Below, piece by piece: positions 46,401 to 60,205 of a DNA stretch of 64,000 nt. Source of the stretch: Lama glama (lineage: Eukaryota); NCBI GenBank assembly GCA_028534125.1, contig CM052844.1, forward strand, positions 682,001-746,000, read 5' to 3'. Made by a program: the position numbers and the translations under genes. Each line of letters starts with the position of its first letter. Position 1 is the stretch's first letter. The notes under the pieces are model-generated. The model saw nothing but the letters and a program-made list of their open reading frames with translations, ran no database searches and was not told the origin of the DNA.

Positions 46401-49400
46401 GCAGGGCGGGTGTTTGGTCCATGTCTGTCCTCTGTCCTCTGACCTGGGCCTGGGCTTGGAGGGGTCCCGAGAGCCAGCCTGACTGAGCAGGTAATGAGCG
46501 TGCGTGTCCTTGAAAATAAACTTTGTTGTGAGCCAGGGTTTCCCCTCCTCCGTCCTCCCTTCCTTCCTTCTCTTGAAACCACTCCGAGAACAGACCACCA
46601 CCAAGAGAAAGACACAGCTGCACGCCCTTAAACAAGCGTGAGTGCGCGTACAGATTTCCCCCAGTTCGCTCTCTACCCTGTGCTGTCTTTGACTGTATGC
46701 CTTAAAGTAATCTTGCTGAATTTCTGAGAAATTAGAGAAAAAGTCCGGGCATTTTAAATGTATTTCAATTTAAGAATGAGGAGATGATCTAGTTTCTTTC
46801 CTTTAAAAAGAGTCCCTTCTTTCTTCCCAAACCTCCCCATTGCTCCTTGTGCGGCTCCTCCACGTTTGTCACTATGACCCCTTTGCAAGCCCTGAACAAG
46901 CCCTGACATTTGGGTTTTCCGACCACGCGTGCAGGGCCTGCTGGCTTTCCTGGTAAAGGCAACAACACGATGGGGTGAACGTCGGCTTGGTTATGGGCAC
47001 TGGTTCCCACGGGCCACGGACGGGGGGGAGACAGAGTCAGGGCTCGGCTGGGTGTCCAGGGAGGTCTTGAGGCCGAAGTTCATGTTGTTTAAGGATCATC
47101 AGATGCACCAGAAAAGTCAGGAACATGACGTTAAGATAGTACGTTTGCTTTCTTGTTACTCCAAGGTTAGAGAAAAACGGAAAGCAGGAAGAACAATCCG
47201 TGACTTTCACGTGTAATTAACGCGAAGGGGCCTTCTCCTCCCACAGTGACTGCGCCAAATGGAGGAGAGAGTGAAGTGCCCGGAGTGTGCAGGCTCAGTA
47301 ATTCGAGTGAGAGTGGCCGCCTTTCGGTTAACACTGTGATCTGGAGCCGGCCGTGCGGCTGTGTCTCAGCACTGATTTCGTGTCTCCCCCCATTTGGGGA
47401 CGATGCAAACAGCCGGCATCTGACGCAGCGAGAAGGCTTTCTTCCTTAGCAGCGGACGTTGCTCACGTACGAGTCGCGTGTGCACAGGCGGGCGCGCCCT
47501 TCAGGACTCGCTCCAGCCGCCCACACGGCCGCGCTCCTCCGTCCTCGCGGCCGCCTCACTTCTGCTCCAGGACTGGAGGGCGGTCGGCTAAGGTTCCGCA
47601 TCGGGCCGCCCGCGCCTTGCTCTGCGGCTTTGCTTTAGTTCTCGCCGTTCAAGCAAAAAAGTCCGCTGTGACAATGTTATTAATGTGATAAAAAGAAATA
47701 CTTGTTAATAACCAGAGAATTTTAAGGACGTGGGCTCATCCCTCGGTTAATCTCGGTTGTGATTAAGGAGGAAATCCTGTTGCCCATTATTCCTAATGAC
47801 AAGACCAAGGAGGCTTAAAGCCTCAGCCGGGGCAGCCGCGGAGAGGAGGTGCCGAAGGGTATCAGCCATCTCGGCAGCACTTGAGGAATTGGCCCGACCT
47901 CCGCACAACAAAAGGGATACAGAAGAATTACACCCTCACTAAAGTCTGTTTCCTCGTATAATCACACAAAATGATTTTTCTTAAATATGATAATAAATCA
48001 CAGCAAAAAATCAATGTGGCAGAGCCCAACTGCTGTGGCCTGATAACACATCAATCAATATTTAGTATTTAGATTTTAATTAATACATAGCCGGGCAGAG
48101 GCTTTTTAAGGGAGAAATATTATCTCAGATAAAAAATCCGGCACTGTTAGCATGCAAAAGTTGTTGCTCATATCTGTCATTGATCAATCTGCTGGAGTTG
48201 TGATTAAAAACCCTTGGAAATATCAGACAAGAGGGGAAAACAGATTGAACCAAAAAGAGACTGTCGTCGGTGTCTCCGCCTGGGAAGCCACGGCGCCGGC
48301 TGCGCCAGGTCAGGGTCTTGGGGGACAGACTGAGCCCTTTGTTGCTGGACCAGAATCAAAGAATTTCAGACAAACGTGCCCGTTCACTGCCATCACCTCC
48401 CTAATCTTATTAACTGGAGTTTTTGATGAACATCTTCTCTCAATGGTCAAGTATTTTAAAATAATTTTGACATTTATTAAACGTGTGACGCTGATTTCAG
48501 TCACGCTTTCAATTTCCTCCGTTTCCCTAGGAATATGAACGGCCGGGCTGTTAGGACCGGGACTCTGGGGCGGTAAGTGGGGGTGGTCCCTTTGCAGGCT
48601 CGGAAGGGACATCGTCTGCTTCCCCGATTCTGTTCGCAGACTCTGCCCCCTTGGTCTCCACCCCGGCCACCTCCCTCCCGCCCCCTAACTCCCTCCTTCC
48701 TGCAGCCACGGCTTGAACCGCAAGGTTGCAAAGCCCATCCTTGAGGAGGTGGCTGTTCTCCAGCAGAAGACAAGCAGGCTGACAGAAGGCTTGTTTTTGA
48801 GGCCAAGAACGCAGGGGATGGTGACTTGCCCTTTGGGGAGCAGCCCATGTGGCTTTCCCTGTTTTTCTTTTAAATCAGTTGCCTCACTGGTCTCCCTTCT
48901 CTGCCTTCCTCTGTTAATTTCCCATTTGACATGCCCTTTTCACCCCCAAATAGTAATATGAATCTTTCTTAGTGTAAGACTAGCTGAATCTTTCTTACAC
49001 GGCATTTTTTTGGACAGACGGCCCTTCCCCAGACCTCAGGCAGTGGGACCTTTGCCCACGAGGACATGCTAGGTGGCTCTAGAGAAGACCCAGTGGTCCA
49101 GCCTGTCTCGCCTCACGTGTCTGCACAGCCTGCTCCTGCTGGGGTCGGCCTTCCCCTTTTCCATATCTCGAGCTAACTTTGGTGCCAACCAAAGGCACCG
49201 GGAGGCCTGTGGGAGGCACTGAGAGGCGTCCCCCAATCCACCGTGTCAAGAACAAAAGGAGCATCAAGGCAGTGGAGGAGGACACGGGGGGAACACGGGG
49301 CAGACACAGGGGAGGACACGAGGAGGAGCTGCACCTGCTTGGCTCTGTGGCTCCTGAGCTTGGAGTTTCTGCCTGGGGGTGGAAGCTAAGGATTTAGAAA

Positions 49401-49904
49401 ACAAAGGCTCTTGAGACGAGCCTGTGCCTGGTCCCCTCAGCCGAGAACAGCATCTCCAAGCCCCAGGCTACCGCAGAGGCAGGAGTTAAACAGAGAGACG
49501 CGGGAAAATGGGCTCAGGGACAGCTTGCCAAGCTCCCAGGTGGCTTCTGAGCGTTGACCTCCATTTTGGGAGCCGAGGGGCCTTACGTCGTCATGGTCAA
49601 CAGTCACGAGGTGGGTGACACATCACACGTCTTGAGGCGAGAAGGTGATGGGACTCTTGCCGGTGGAGTGTCCCTGGGAAGCTGTGGTCCGGAGATGACC
49701 AGTGGCTTCAGCTCCTTGGGGCCCCTGCCAAAGTTCCACGTGGAATCTTCCTGACCGCGGGGGGCGTGGGCACAGCCAGACCAGGGTGTCTGAGGTGGGT
49801 GGGGACACTGGGGTTTACTCTCACTAGAAAAGAGCTGGGTCATTGAGGAATTAGGGAAGTGACTGCATTTTCACTTATCAGGACCATATGGCTAAAAGCA
49901 TTCC

Positions 49905-49990
49905 TGCATTTTGACTGAATAATTCCACCTCTAGGACTTTATCCCCAGAAAATAATCAGATAAACGTAGATGTTTACAGAGCAGGGTCTC
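49905..49990 (+). mobile_element. Old LINE-1 (L1M-type) remnant
   Basis: ttttgactgaataattccacctctaggactttatccc resembles the L1 motif TTTGACCCAGCAATTCCACTTCTAGGAATTTATCC. Confidence 0.5.
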
Positions 49991-52839
49991 GGCTACAGTA
50001 AAGCACCACACCCGTCCCTTGCCAGGAACCACTGACTGTGCCAGGAGGCACTTAGATACCAGACCTCGTGTGGGGGGCGGTCCCCGGAGACGACCACGTG
50101 TAGGGGAGTCTTAATGACTGGGGAAGCTGATCCCAATGCTGTTAAAAATGAAAGCAGGGGATACCCTGAAACAGGAAGCAGTTTCCATCTAGACTTTGTT
50201 GGGACATGTCCTAGCGTTTCATTGGGGCAGGAAAGGAGTGCCCGCCCAGGCAGGCTGGGGTCCCGAGCGGGGTCCCCAGTCTCTGTGCCCTCTCCACCCC
50301 GCCCCCGCCTTGCAGGAAGCCCAGAGTCTCCCTGGCTAATCAGACCGAAGTGGCCCCTCTCACTGGTGTCAGATGCAACCTGTCCTCCCCCCAAAGGCCA
50401 TTAGGATCTGCTCTTTCAGTCTTAACGGACCATTAGGACTCAGACAAGTCCTGCAAACCCAATCGAGTCGATAGGTTGGAGCTGAATATTACACTTTAGA
50501 AAAATGTTCTACAGTCACATCTTTGAATAGTTACGGACCAGACCTCCTCGCCCAGTGGGTCCTCCTTTTCTCTCAGTGCCTCAGAGGCTGCTTCACAAGG
50601 GACTGACTTGAAGTAAAAGTCTTCAGGCCCCAGAGGGTCACAGAAGAGGCAGAATGACTTCTAACTTTCATTACGAATGAACTTTTTTTTTTTTGCAATG
50701 ATCAGATTAAAATAATACTCACTTCCTTAGAATGTGTACATGGAAAGCGATGGAAAGATATTTATTTGTAAGATGAAAACAGCAGTTCTATCAGTGAGAT
50801 TTACGAAGTAACGCCACCTTTGCTCAAGTGCCAAACGTCTGCGTGGTGAGGGGTGTGTGATGTCACTGTCAGGATAACTGGTCACCCCAGCAGAGGCAGG
50901 CGTCCGCGGTGTTATGTCAGCGATGCCCGAAACCTGGTGCCGCACGTCAGCTTTGCTGGACGTGGAGTGGGCGGCAGGTGATCTCCATCAGGAGCCCCCT
51001 CCTCTCCCGGAAGAGAAAAATCATCTTCCAGGAAAAAGGTGTCCCGGAATCATTGGATCTTCGGTTCAGAACCTGATTCCTGACGCCCGGCACGGGGTCT
51101 CCATGGTCTGCACTCAGTAAGACACTTGATGAATTATTTAAATTACAGTTCCTCCCCGTCGCCAAGTTTGTGACTAAAATCAGCTCAGGAGGGAAGGTCA
51201 GTGAACACCACGTGCACAGGGGATTTCTTTTCTCTTTTTCCCATTTCGTTCCAGGAGAGAAAGAGGACTTGGTCAGCCTGTGGCCGGAGGCCCCGTCCTG
51301 CCGTGCTCTAAGCTGGCCACTCGGAGCCCTTGGTGGTGGGCCGGTGGGATGCCGTGCCCCACCTTGTCCCACTGCCCCTCCTGTCTCTTTATGGGCCCTG
51401 GAAGTTCTGTTAGAGAGAGGGTTTTGTGGGGATTCCATGTGAATTTGGGAGAACTGGTAAGCATGCTTTTTCTCATTCCTGTATATCAGGACACAACCGG
51501 AACAGCCAGGCCAGGTGGGTGAGGAAACATTTTTCAAAATTTTATTCTTTTTTTCTCCTCCATCCCCTAAGGCTAAGGTGGGGTGCGGTCCCGGGAGTCT
51601 GCTCGGCTGGAGAAGTGGCACCTGGAAGTTGCACCGTCCGGCACGATCCACTAAGTATCACGGCCACGTCATTCATGCTCGCCCCGGCTTCACACAGGTC
51701 CATTTAAGCCAAGCCCTTTGTGAACCTGTAAGAGACTTCATGAAATTAGGTGTTAGACAAAAAGATTCTACTTGTCAGAAGTGTTCATTATTAATCAACT
51801 CCCAATAATTGGCTGGAAGGATTTCCCAAGGAAAAGCCTTGGGCCTGGTTCCACAGCCGGGGAGACCGTGAGCTGGGGGCACGTGGTCGGGTGGGGGGCC
51901 TGTGACCTCTGCACACTGATGCTCTTGGCCGGTCACCCGAGATTCTGTTGTCGCGCAGATGTCAGCCCCGGCGTGCAGGCAGCAGTGGCTCCGGCAGGCG
52001 CGGGCCTGCCGGCGAGCAGACTTGTGCGTTCACAATGACAGGCTCGTGCTGTCCGCCTAAACCGAAGGGGCGGACCTGGGGAGGAGAGCTGGTGGTGCGG
52101 AGGACACCATGGGAGGGGAAAGTGGTGAAGAAATTAGGGCGTTGGGCTCAAGCCTTCAATGCGTCTAGGGAGAATTTTTTTTCTTTTTAAACAGAGGCGA
52201 GAAAGGAGATTACAGTGGGAGAGACGTTTAGTAAGACAGCTGCACCAATCGGCTTTCAGACAGGCGTTAAGGCGAGCGGTACACTTCCCGTGTGATCTGT
52301 CGTCGTCCAGACAACAAAGGGGGAAGGTTGTGTGGGCTGAGCGTGCTCCCTCCTCTGCCGCAGCCCAGGATTGGAGACACGACCTGTGAACCACTGAAGG
52401 CTGGGAAACCCTCGCGCTGCAGACCCAGGCTTCTGGAGTCAGCCTTAAATACAGTGGTGGCGCAGGGAGCAGGGGCTTCCCCACAACTGCCTAGAACTCA
52501 GGACAGAAACTCAGATGGAGAGAGATTCGGGGGTCTTGAAGGCAGGGGAGGAGACATTTCGGTGACAGATGAGAACTTCTAGCAAAACAGATCACATGCA
52601 GTAACTGCCTCTTGTGTCCAGAAATCAGGCTCGATGCCTCCTTATATTTGAGGTTTTGAAAAGGGTAGCCAAGACGCAGGAACACCAGCTATGAAAAGGC
52701 ACCTGTGAGACTTGTGATGTTTGAGACTGACTGGCTGTTTGATGCCATGAGGGAACGGCCATGACGTATCTGGGGGCATAGCAAGGGAGATAAGGCTACC
52801 TTGAGAAAGAGGGGTGTTTCTGGGATCTGCTTTGAAACA

Positions 52840-52950
52840 GCAGGGTGGGGAATACATATACACGGCTGAATCACTGCCGTACACCAGAATTTGCACCAAA
52901 CTGTAAGCCGACTACACTTCAGTGAAAAAAACAAAGTAAAAGAAATAAAT
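52840..52950 (+). mobile_element. LINE-1 extreme 3' end with degenerate A tail
   Basis: gctgaatcactgccgtacaccagaa...aaactgtaagccgactacacttcagtgaaaaaaa. Confidence 0.7.
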
Positions 52951-53299
52951 TAGAAGCTTAAAAACCCAGCAGGGGGTGGGTGGTGGGTGGTGGGTGGAGG
53001 AGAGCCCAGGACCCAGAGGCCCGACGCCGCCCTCCTGGAAGGCGGGCTGGTGCCGCTCTGGCCTCATCACAGCGCTCGGTTTGTATGCGGGTCGGAACAT
53101 GTCCACAAGAAATGTGCACTTTCTGAAAGTCAGCTGTTGCCCACAGAGGCAGAGCTGAGACCAAGCCGAGGCGAGCAGCTGGGCCTCTTGAGCCTGGACG
53201 CAGCCATGTTCAGCCGACAGTGTGACCGTCCGGTTGGTCCCCGGCCCTCATCACCACCATCCGACCTGAGGGCGGTCAGATGACCAGGAGTCAGTCCAG

Positions 53300-54030
53300 A
53301 TGGTGTGCTCGGGGCTGCTGCCTTTCCCTGGACCCAGCCGCACGCAGGTGCTCTGCGGGCGCCCACCTTCGTCTTCCCGCAGGCCCCGAAATATGAAGTC
53401 ATCGCCCCGCTTTTCCACGTGAGGCAACGGCTGGGCGAGGCGCGTGCTGACCGGGCGGAGGGCTGGGGCCTGGTGTGCGCAGGCTCCTGGCCTCTGCAGC
53501 CCGCCCTGCCCTCCCCTCCCCATCCCGCCTTGCCTTCTCCGGGACGTGGCGCCAGCACTTGGGCCGATGGTCACCTCCCCGGATGCCGGATCCGCCCGGC
53601 ACATCTGCGCGCTTCGTGGAGCTCAGTCCCCAGTGGAAAGAGCGTCCCGCCAAGGGGGGCGCTGGCGGCGCAGGAGCCCAGCCCCTCTGTCCCCCAGGCA
53701 GCCGGGCCGCATCCGGCGGAACGTGCGCGCGCGCTCCCAGGCGGGATTTGCCGCGTTAGCTGGTCCCTGCGCCCCCGCTGCCGGCCGCGCCCCCGCTTTC
53801 TCCGCGGCTGGCCCGGCCGTGCTGACTTGCTCCCTGGGTCCTTCTTCATTTCTCCGACAGTCGATGAAACTATTAGTTCATTTCCAACGTCGGGCGAGTG
53901 TCAGTTACTTAACAGGGGTCGCCGGCTGAAGGGAGGACTGGGCTAAGGGCCGCGATGCGGGCACGCTCAGCTGTCGCTCCTGGACGCGACCCCGCCGATC
54001 TGAGTCGAGTTCCCCCGAATCGTGCTTCGG
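53300..54030. promoter_or_regulatory. CpG-rich island
   Basis: Locally dense CpG/GC. Confidence 0.5.
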
Positions 54031-54199
54031 AGCTGAACAAAGTGCTTATTTCTGCGTTGGAAATCGTGTGCAGAGCTGCTACTGAAGGGCCGTTTTTCAT
54101 AATTTGATGTGCTAGGGATCTGTAACTGAATGTCTCCCTGGGGGGAAATTGCCTTCTAGTGCGAGGGAGAGCGGAGGATACTGCAGTTTCCTACGCCTC

Positions 54200-54365
54200 G
54201 TGCCTGCGTGTGTATATGCACGTGTGTGCATATGTGTGTCCACGGTTGCTTGTGTGTGTCCGTGTGTAAATGTTGCGTGTGTGTGCATGTGTATGTGTGT
54301 CCGTGGTTGCTTGTGTGTGTATATGCATGTGTAAACGTGAGCATGTGTGCGTTTGCCTGCACACA
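54200..54365. repeat. Degenerate (TG)n repeat with an internal ~60-bp duplication
   Basis: ggttgcttgtgtgtgt occurs at ~54244 and ~54305. Confidence 0.8.
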
Positions 54366-56589
54366 AAGGGGAAGAAAACCAACCTGTGTGAGCACTTGTG
54401 TATCTGAGGTCTTTTATGTACGTTGTTGTTTGTTTACTGCAGCCACCTGAGTTCTGCAGCCCTGTCCCTTTGACGTTACTATCACTGCTGCCATTGCTGT
54501 TGCTGTTTTGCCGGCAGGACCTCGGGCTTCCTCAGTCAGGTCACTCATCCAAGGCTGCATAGCTGATGAGGGGCCGGCTGGCCCTTCCACCCTGCACCTC
54601 GATCAGCGTCCACACCCCACACCGGGTGACACCCTTCTCCCCACACTTACGAGCTTACACATGCTGTGTCTGCCTATTTCCCGTGTACGCACAGCCTGCA
54701 TCCTGTGTGCAACATGCACGACTCCAAAGATGGGCGCCTGGCCCGGCCTCGGCTCCTGTGTAACCTCTCCCCTGGCACACGCATCCACACCCGACACTGA
54801 GCCTCCCAGCCCAGGCAGGTATGTGTTCATTCCCCAGATAATCAGAGGCACAGATAAAATAACGCTTCCAGTGACAGACACCCGGCCGACAGGGCTGTTA
54901 GTTTACGTAGGGTGTGGGCAGAGTCGACTGGAAAATTTTGATCACTTTAATTTACTGTATCCAGCGTGCCTGCTGTAGCCGGCCAGCACTTTTATCAAGC
55001 CCTGTGAGGCGGTATTGATTTTTTTATTTTCTGTGTAGGATAAGAAGACAGAGAGTTAGGGGCGAGAGGGAATGAAGAACTTTCCTCCGATTGCTGCTCT
55101 CTCGGCTTTATTGCATCCTGTCGTCCGTGGTTTCAGATGATGTCCAGTGTGTCAGGGCTGCTGGGAGCAGCCAGCAGGTGAATAACAATGGAAGGGCGCT
55201 GGGAGACTGCGAGGCGGAAGGAGGCAGCGAAGAAGGTAGGAACATGTGTGTGAGAAGCAGAGAAACAGCAGAGACGGAGGGAAAAGTGTCCTCGGTGCAG
55301 GAACCCATCTGCATGCACCTTAAGGTCGCTCCAGCCGCTGGACAGCGTCCAGCAAGCGGCCGGGCTGCACGGCCTTTGTCTTATTTTCCTCCTGAAACTA
55401 ACAAAAGACCCCCCCCCACCCGAACAGCAACAAACAGTCACCGCACAACCACCAAGGGCATGTTTCACCCCGTCGCTCATTTCTCAGCGAGAGTGGGTGT
55501 GCGGTGGGTGCATCTTCCTCCAGCTGCCCCAGCCCCGGAGCAAGCCTCGGCCACCACCGTGGAGCCCGTTTCAGAGCACGAGAGACTGACTCCTCCTCAC
55601 TGCACCCTCGAAGCAGGCACAGGCCCCCCACTCCCGGCCCCAGGAACCCCTTCCCACCGCCTGGCTCCTCGGCAAGGCCCATGGAGGTGATTTTAATGAT
55701 ATGGTTTCTCCTGTGTTGCAGTGGAAGTCGGGAAAACGGAGGAGAAAAGGGCCCTGGGACCCCGGTCGCTGGTCGCTCTGTGCTTCACGGCCCCACGTGT
55801 TTGTCCGGCCTGATGCAGAGATGCGTTCAGCCTGGGTCTGCTTGGAAGGTGGGACCAGCGGTTTCCAGTTATGAGCAACAGGGGTACTCACCCGATTTCC
55901 CTTTGGTCTGGGAGCAAAGATGTGGGTTAGCGAGGACCAAGGGATGCTTAATTCGAGGTGCATTTAGATGAACCCAGAAAAATAGCCTCAGGTCGTGGAG
56001 GGGCAAGCAGAACTCTGGCTTTTCAGACGGAGCAATGGAGGCCGGGGAGACTAGAGCATGGGCACGTAGCTCAGACCAGAGTCAAGGCGAGGCCCCCACA
56101 GAGACCGCTGGATGTGCCTCAGCCCCGCTCAGGGTGACCGCAGGGGACAGCAGGGTGTAGCGGCAACAGCCTCAGGGTTTTCGGAGGCATTTTAAGGTAC
56201 GAAAACATAATGCAGGAATGAGAGTTCCACCGGGGTTTGGGTGTCTTAGGAGAGAGTGACAAGGTCTCAAATTATTTAAGTGTAGTGGCCCTGTGGTAAC
56301 AAGAGGAGCTTTGAAAACAGGTCAGAGGTGGCATTTTTAACAACCCACACGTGCCCCACCCAGACCTCTCACCTTTAAATATCCTTAATCTGTCTGAGGG
56401 TGACTCACAGCCCAGCCACAGTGCGGGAGGTGCCTGCGTGGCATCAGGGCTTCCTTGTGGAAGCTGGCAGCCTGTCTTCCTGTGGAGCCTCACCCCGGAG
56501 GACGTGGCCCATGGACAGAAGCCACTCGGCGCTGGCTTCAATTTTAGGGTGTAAACGTGTAGGACGCAGTGCGGAATGGGGTTTGGATA

Positions 56590-56663
56590 GTGTGGGTGCA
56601 CACACACATGCACGTATGCACACCCATGAACACACAGATATGCACACACACGTGCGCACACAC
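56590..56663. repeat. Degenerate (CA)n repeat
   Basis: Direct inspection. Confidence 0.75.
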
Positions 56664-59634
56664 TGAGAAGCTGGAGCCCACTATCTGGGGTTGTTCATTT
56701 TCCGTCTCTACAAGTCCCGGCTCCTGACTGTGTGCGTGTCCTCAGCTTTTCGCACTCGGCCTTGCACATACGGAACGAGGAATGGTGACAACACGGAAGG
56801 TGCCCACACGAGCTCCGTTCCTCCCATGAGTCACGCGAGGTGCTGCCACGTGACTGTCCCCAAGCAGGTGTCTGGGAAATATTTGCTGCATGAATGAATC
56901 GAGGGGAGAGAAGTTTGAATGTGATTTGTAAAGTCTTAGTGGAAAATGCCCTAAAAAGGGGTTTTGGTAAAGTTTGAAGACATGGCATAAATTAAACTGT
57001 AAATTATGACTAGTGTTAAAATCTTCAGGGTCGACATTTGACTCCCAGACAAAGATAGTGGTTAATCACCACTTTCGTATAAATAAACAGCTGAAACTTT
57101 AAATCTGATAATGTAACAATGCTTTCAGCTTAAAAAACTTGACTTTTGGAACTCTATATCCTCTGTTAAAATCACTTAAAGGAGTCCGTTATTGACCAAG
57201 GACCTCCCAGTGGTAACTCACAGCTCTTTGTACGTATACGTGTAATTTGACCGGAGCAAAGTAGGTCGACGGCGCCTTTAGAGAGCGAACTCTGCTGAAG
57301 CCATCTGTTCAGGTGTTTCTGGATGCTCTCTGCTTCGTTTCGGGGGTCCCAGCAGCCCAGGTGAGAATGACTTCTTTAGCACCAAACGCATTACGAGGGT
57401 GCCGTGGACTCTGCCCCTGGAGCCGGGCGGGCTCGGCGAGGCGGCCATCTGTCCCGGCCGGTTCCGGCTGAATCACGTGGGGGCTGCGGGCGGACCCGCC
57501 GGCCTCCCGGGGCCCCTCCTCCTCCAGCTCCATTGTTCTCTCCCCATTTGTCCAGCTTTCATCGGGGAAGAGGGGCTCTGAGACCCGTTTCTGCCCCGCA
57601 GAGGCCCGGAGAACACGTGTTGACTTCTAGCAATTGTGTTTGTTTGGCTTTTTCCCTAAAAGCACTTTTTTAAAAATTCAGGGCCATGGAAGAAAAACCA
57701 GAAGCAAGCAAACTAACTTTCCTTGTTGCTCGCTGTCAGAATGGCTGTGTGCTGCCCGCCGCCTTTCCAGCTGGAATTTGTCTCAGCGAAGATGAAAAAT
57801 TGTGTTCTTACGGCGACAAGATGCATGACGGCGATTCCGCTTCACGTGCAAACACAAATTTAAGGCACGTGCAGGAACTGCTGGCATGAACTGCAACCGT
57901 AGAGGCCGTTCCTTCTACCCTTGGAGTTCCAGTGGGCTCGGTGTGCTATTTATCACACTGTGGTTTGTTCCCACCATTTAAAAAAGCTATTGTTTTGGTT
58001 AAAATACATTGCTTTATTTACAACACGCAGTCCTCTACGTGGAAGGTGGCAGGGGCGCTTCAGGTGAAGAGCGCCACTCTCTGGGCAGGTAATCACCACG
58101 TAACCGTAGAGACACTGGAGCTCAGAGGCTCTCCGAGGTGGGCTCGCTTCTTGGTGCGCGTATTTAGAGATCAGTTTCATTTCCAGGTGGAACGGCCTCA
58201 TTCAGTGACAATACTGCTTTCCCCTTTCCCTCACGCTCCGACCGCACCAGGCGGTTCTAGCGAAAGACTCTGGGTCTGCGAGCCGGGAGGGAAGCCTGCG
58301 GGAGGAGGGGGCCGGGGTCCTGGTCCCCACCCTGGCAGGAAGCCGAGCTTCCCCGCGGCAGGAGAGCGACCCCTGCCCGTACGAGAGGGCGTCGGGTTGG
58401 AGGAGCCGAACGCAGTACAGGGACGAGTCTTCCCCTTCGGTTCCCTTTTCTTCTTGATTCTGGGATGAAAAATCAGCACTTTTGTTGATTAATTAGCCTC
58501 AGCAAGATGCACAATCATACGTTTTTTCCCCCAAGAAGATTAATATGTAGCTGTAGATTCCAGGATCATTCGAAGTGCTCCTTGAAGATCTGACCCATCG
58601 TAGCAGACAGATGCTGTCAGAAAACAATAACAATGCAAATAATAACAATAATGGCCACAGTAAATGTTGACGCGGAAACAGGCACGTTATGGTTACAGCC
58701 TGGCATTAGCTGCCGCTGAGGGTGGGGGACGGCCTTAAAAAGGCGTCTCTTTCCACTCCAGACACAGACCTGAGCACTTACCTAGCGTGAACAAGAAGGA
58801 AAAACAGCTGAAAACGGGAGAAATGGCTTCAGTTTACCCAGGTTATTTCTGAACAGGGACACAAAGATGGGGGAGGAATAATTTAGACATATGGATAAGA
58901 ACCTTCCAAATCAATAGAGCTGGAAGAAATGAAACATATGCTGATGCAATCAAACAGAATTGAATTTCATACAAATGTTAGCAAATCTATATCAGATTAT
59001 CACAGGAAAAACTTCATTTTCATTGATTTATAATGTATTATTATTGTCTCCGCCAAACCGCCATAGACAGGCATCCAGCAGCTGCCAGCGCCTCCAGGGG
59101 AAGTGAGAGACGTCACCGAGGGGCGGCGGGGGACGTTCAGGGCCAGTAGCTCCCCAGCCCGCCGGTGCTCGCTGCTGATGATTCTTTACTTCTCCCTCTT
59201 ACTCATGCAGGCTCCTTCTCCGAGACTGTGGTGAGTGCGGGGCTGTTAGTCCAGAATTCACAGACTAAGGAAGGAAAAAAGAGGGAAGTGTTTCGTGACA
59301 TGTAAACGTTTTGCAGAGATGGGGCTGAACGGGAGGGACACCCGTGTGTAACCACCTCCGTCTGTCTCTGCTTGTGGAACGTGAAAATTATTCAAACCAG
59401 TGTTTTCAGGAGACCCACTCCCCTTGAGTCCACGGTCTGGGAAAACCGCACACGCCTCCCGCTCAGAGGCGCCAGGTCCAAGTCATGTCCTCCAGGAGCC
59501 GAAGCTTCTTCCAGCAGCTTTCTTGTGCACTGTGATCAAAGGGGACTGTTTTCAGCAGTCTGAGCAGGAAGCGCCTGCTTTCTTGGGATGGGATTACGTG
59601 GACAGTTACTTTAGCAATATCCATAGCTTAAAAA

Positions 59635-60205
59635 AAAAAGGTTTCTTAGGTAGGACATGGAAAGCACAAAGACAAAATAGATACACTGGACTTCACCAAA
59701 ACTGAACATTTTGTGTTGCAAGCTTTACCATCAAGAAAGTGAAGAGACGACCCCTGGAACGAAGAAGACATTTGCAAGCCACACATCTGCTAGGGGACTT
59801 GTATCCAGCATATGTAAAGAGCTCTTGCCACTCAATAACAAAAATCAGGTAACCCAGTTTAAACACGGGCAAAGGATCTGAATAAACGTTTCCCTAAAGA
59901 TTTGCAGATGGACAACAAGCAAATGAAAAGATCATTAGTCACTAGGGAAAGGCAAGTCAAAACCACAGCTTCTCACCTACTGGGATGGTGCTCTCAAAGA
60001 CTGGCAACAGTGAATGCCAGTGAGGATGTGGAGACACTGGAACCCCCAAGACCCTGCTGGTGGGAGGGGCATAGTCGGGGCTTTCAATGCGGTCAGGGTT
60101 TCTTTCTAGGGTGAGGAATACTCTGCAACCCACCGAATGGTGTGCTGTGCATTGGTGACTTCTAGGACGTACAAGTTGTATCTCAGCAATGCTGTTAAAA
60201 AGGAA
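59635..60205 (+). mobile_element. LINE-1 ORF2 C-terminal fragment plus 3' end remnant (L1M-type)
   Basis: ctggacttcaccaaaact...accatcaagaaagtgaagagac...atttgcaagccacacatctg...gggcaaaggatctgaataaac...gaggatgtggagacactggaacc. Confidence 0.85.
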
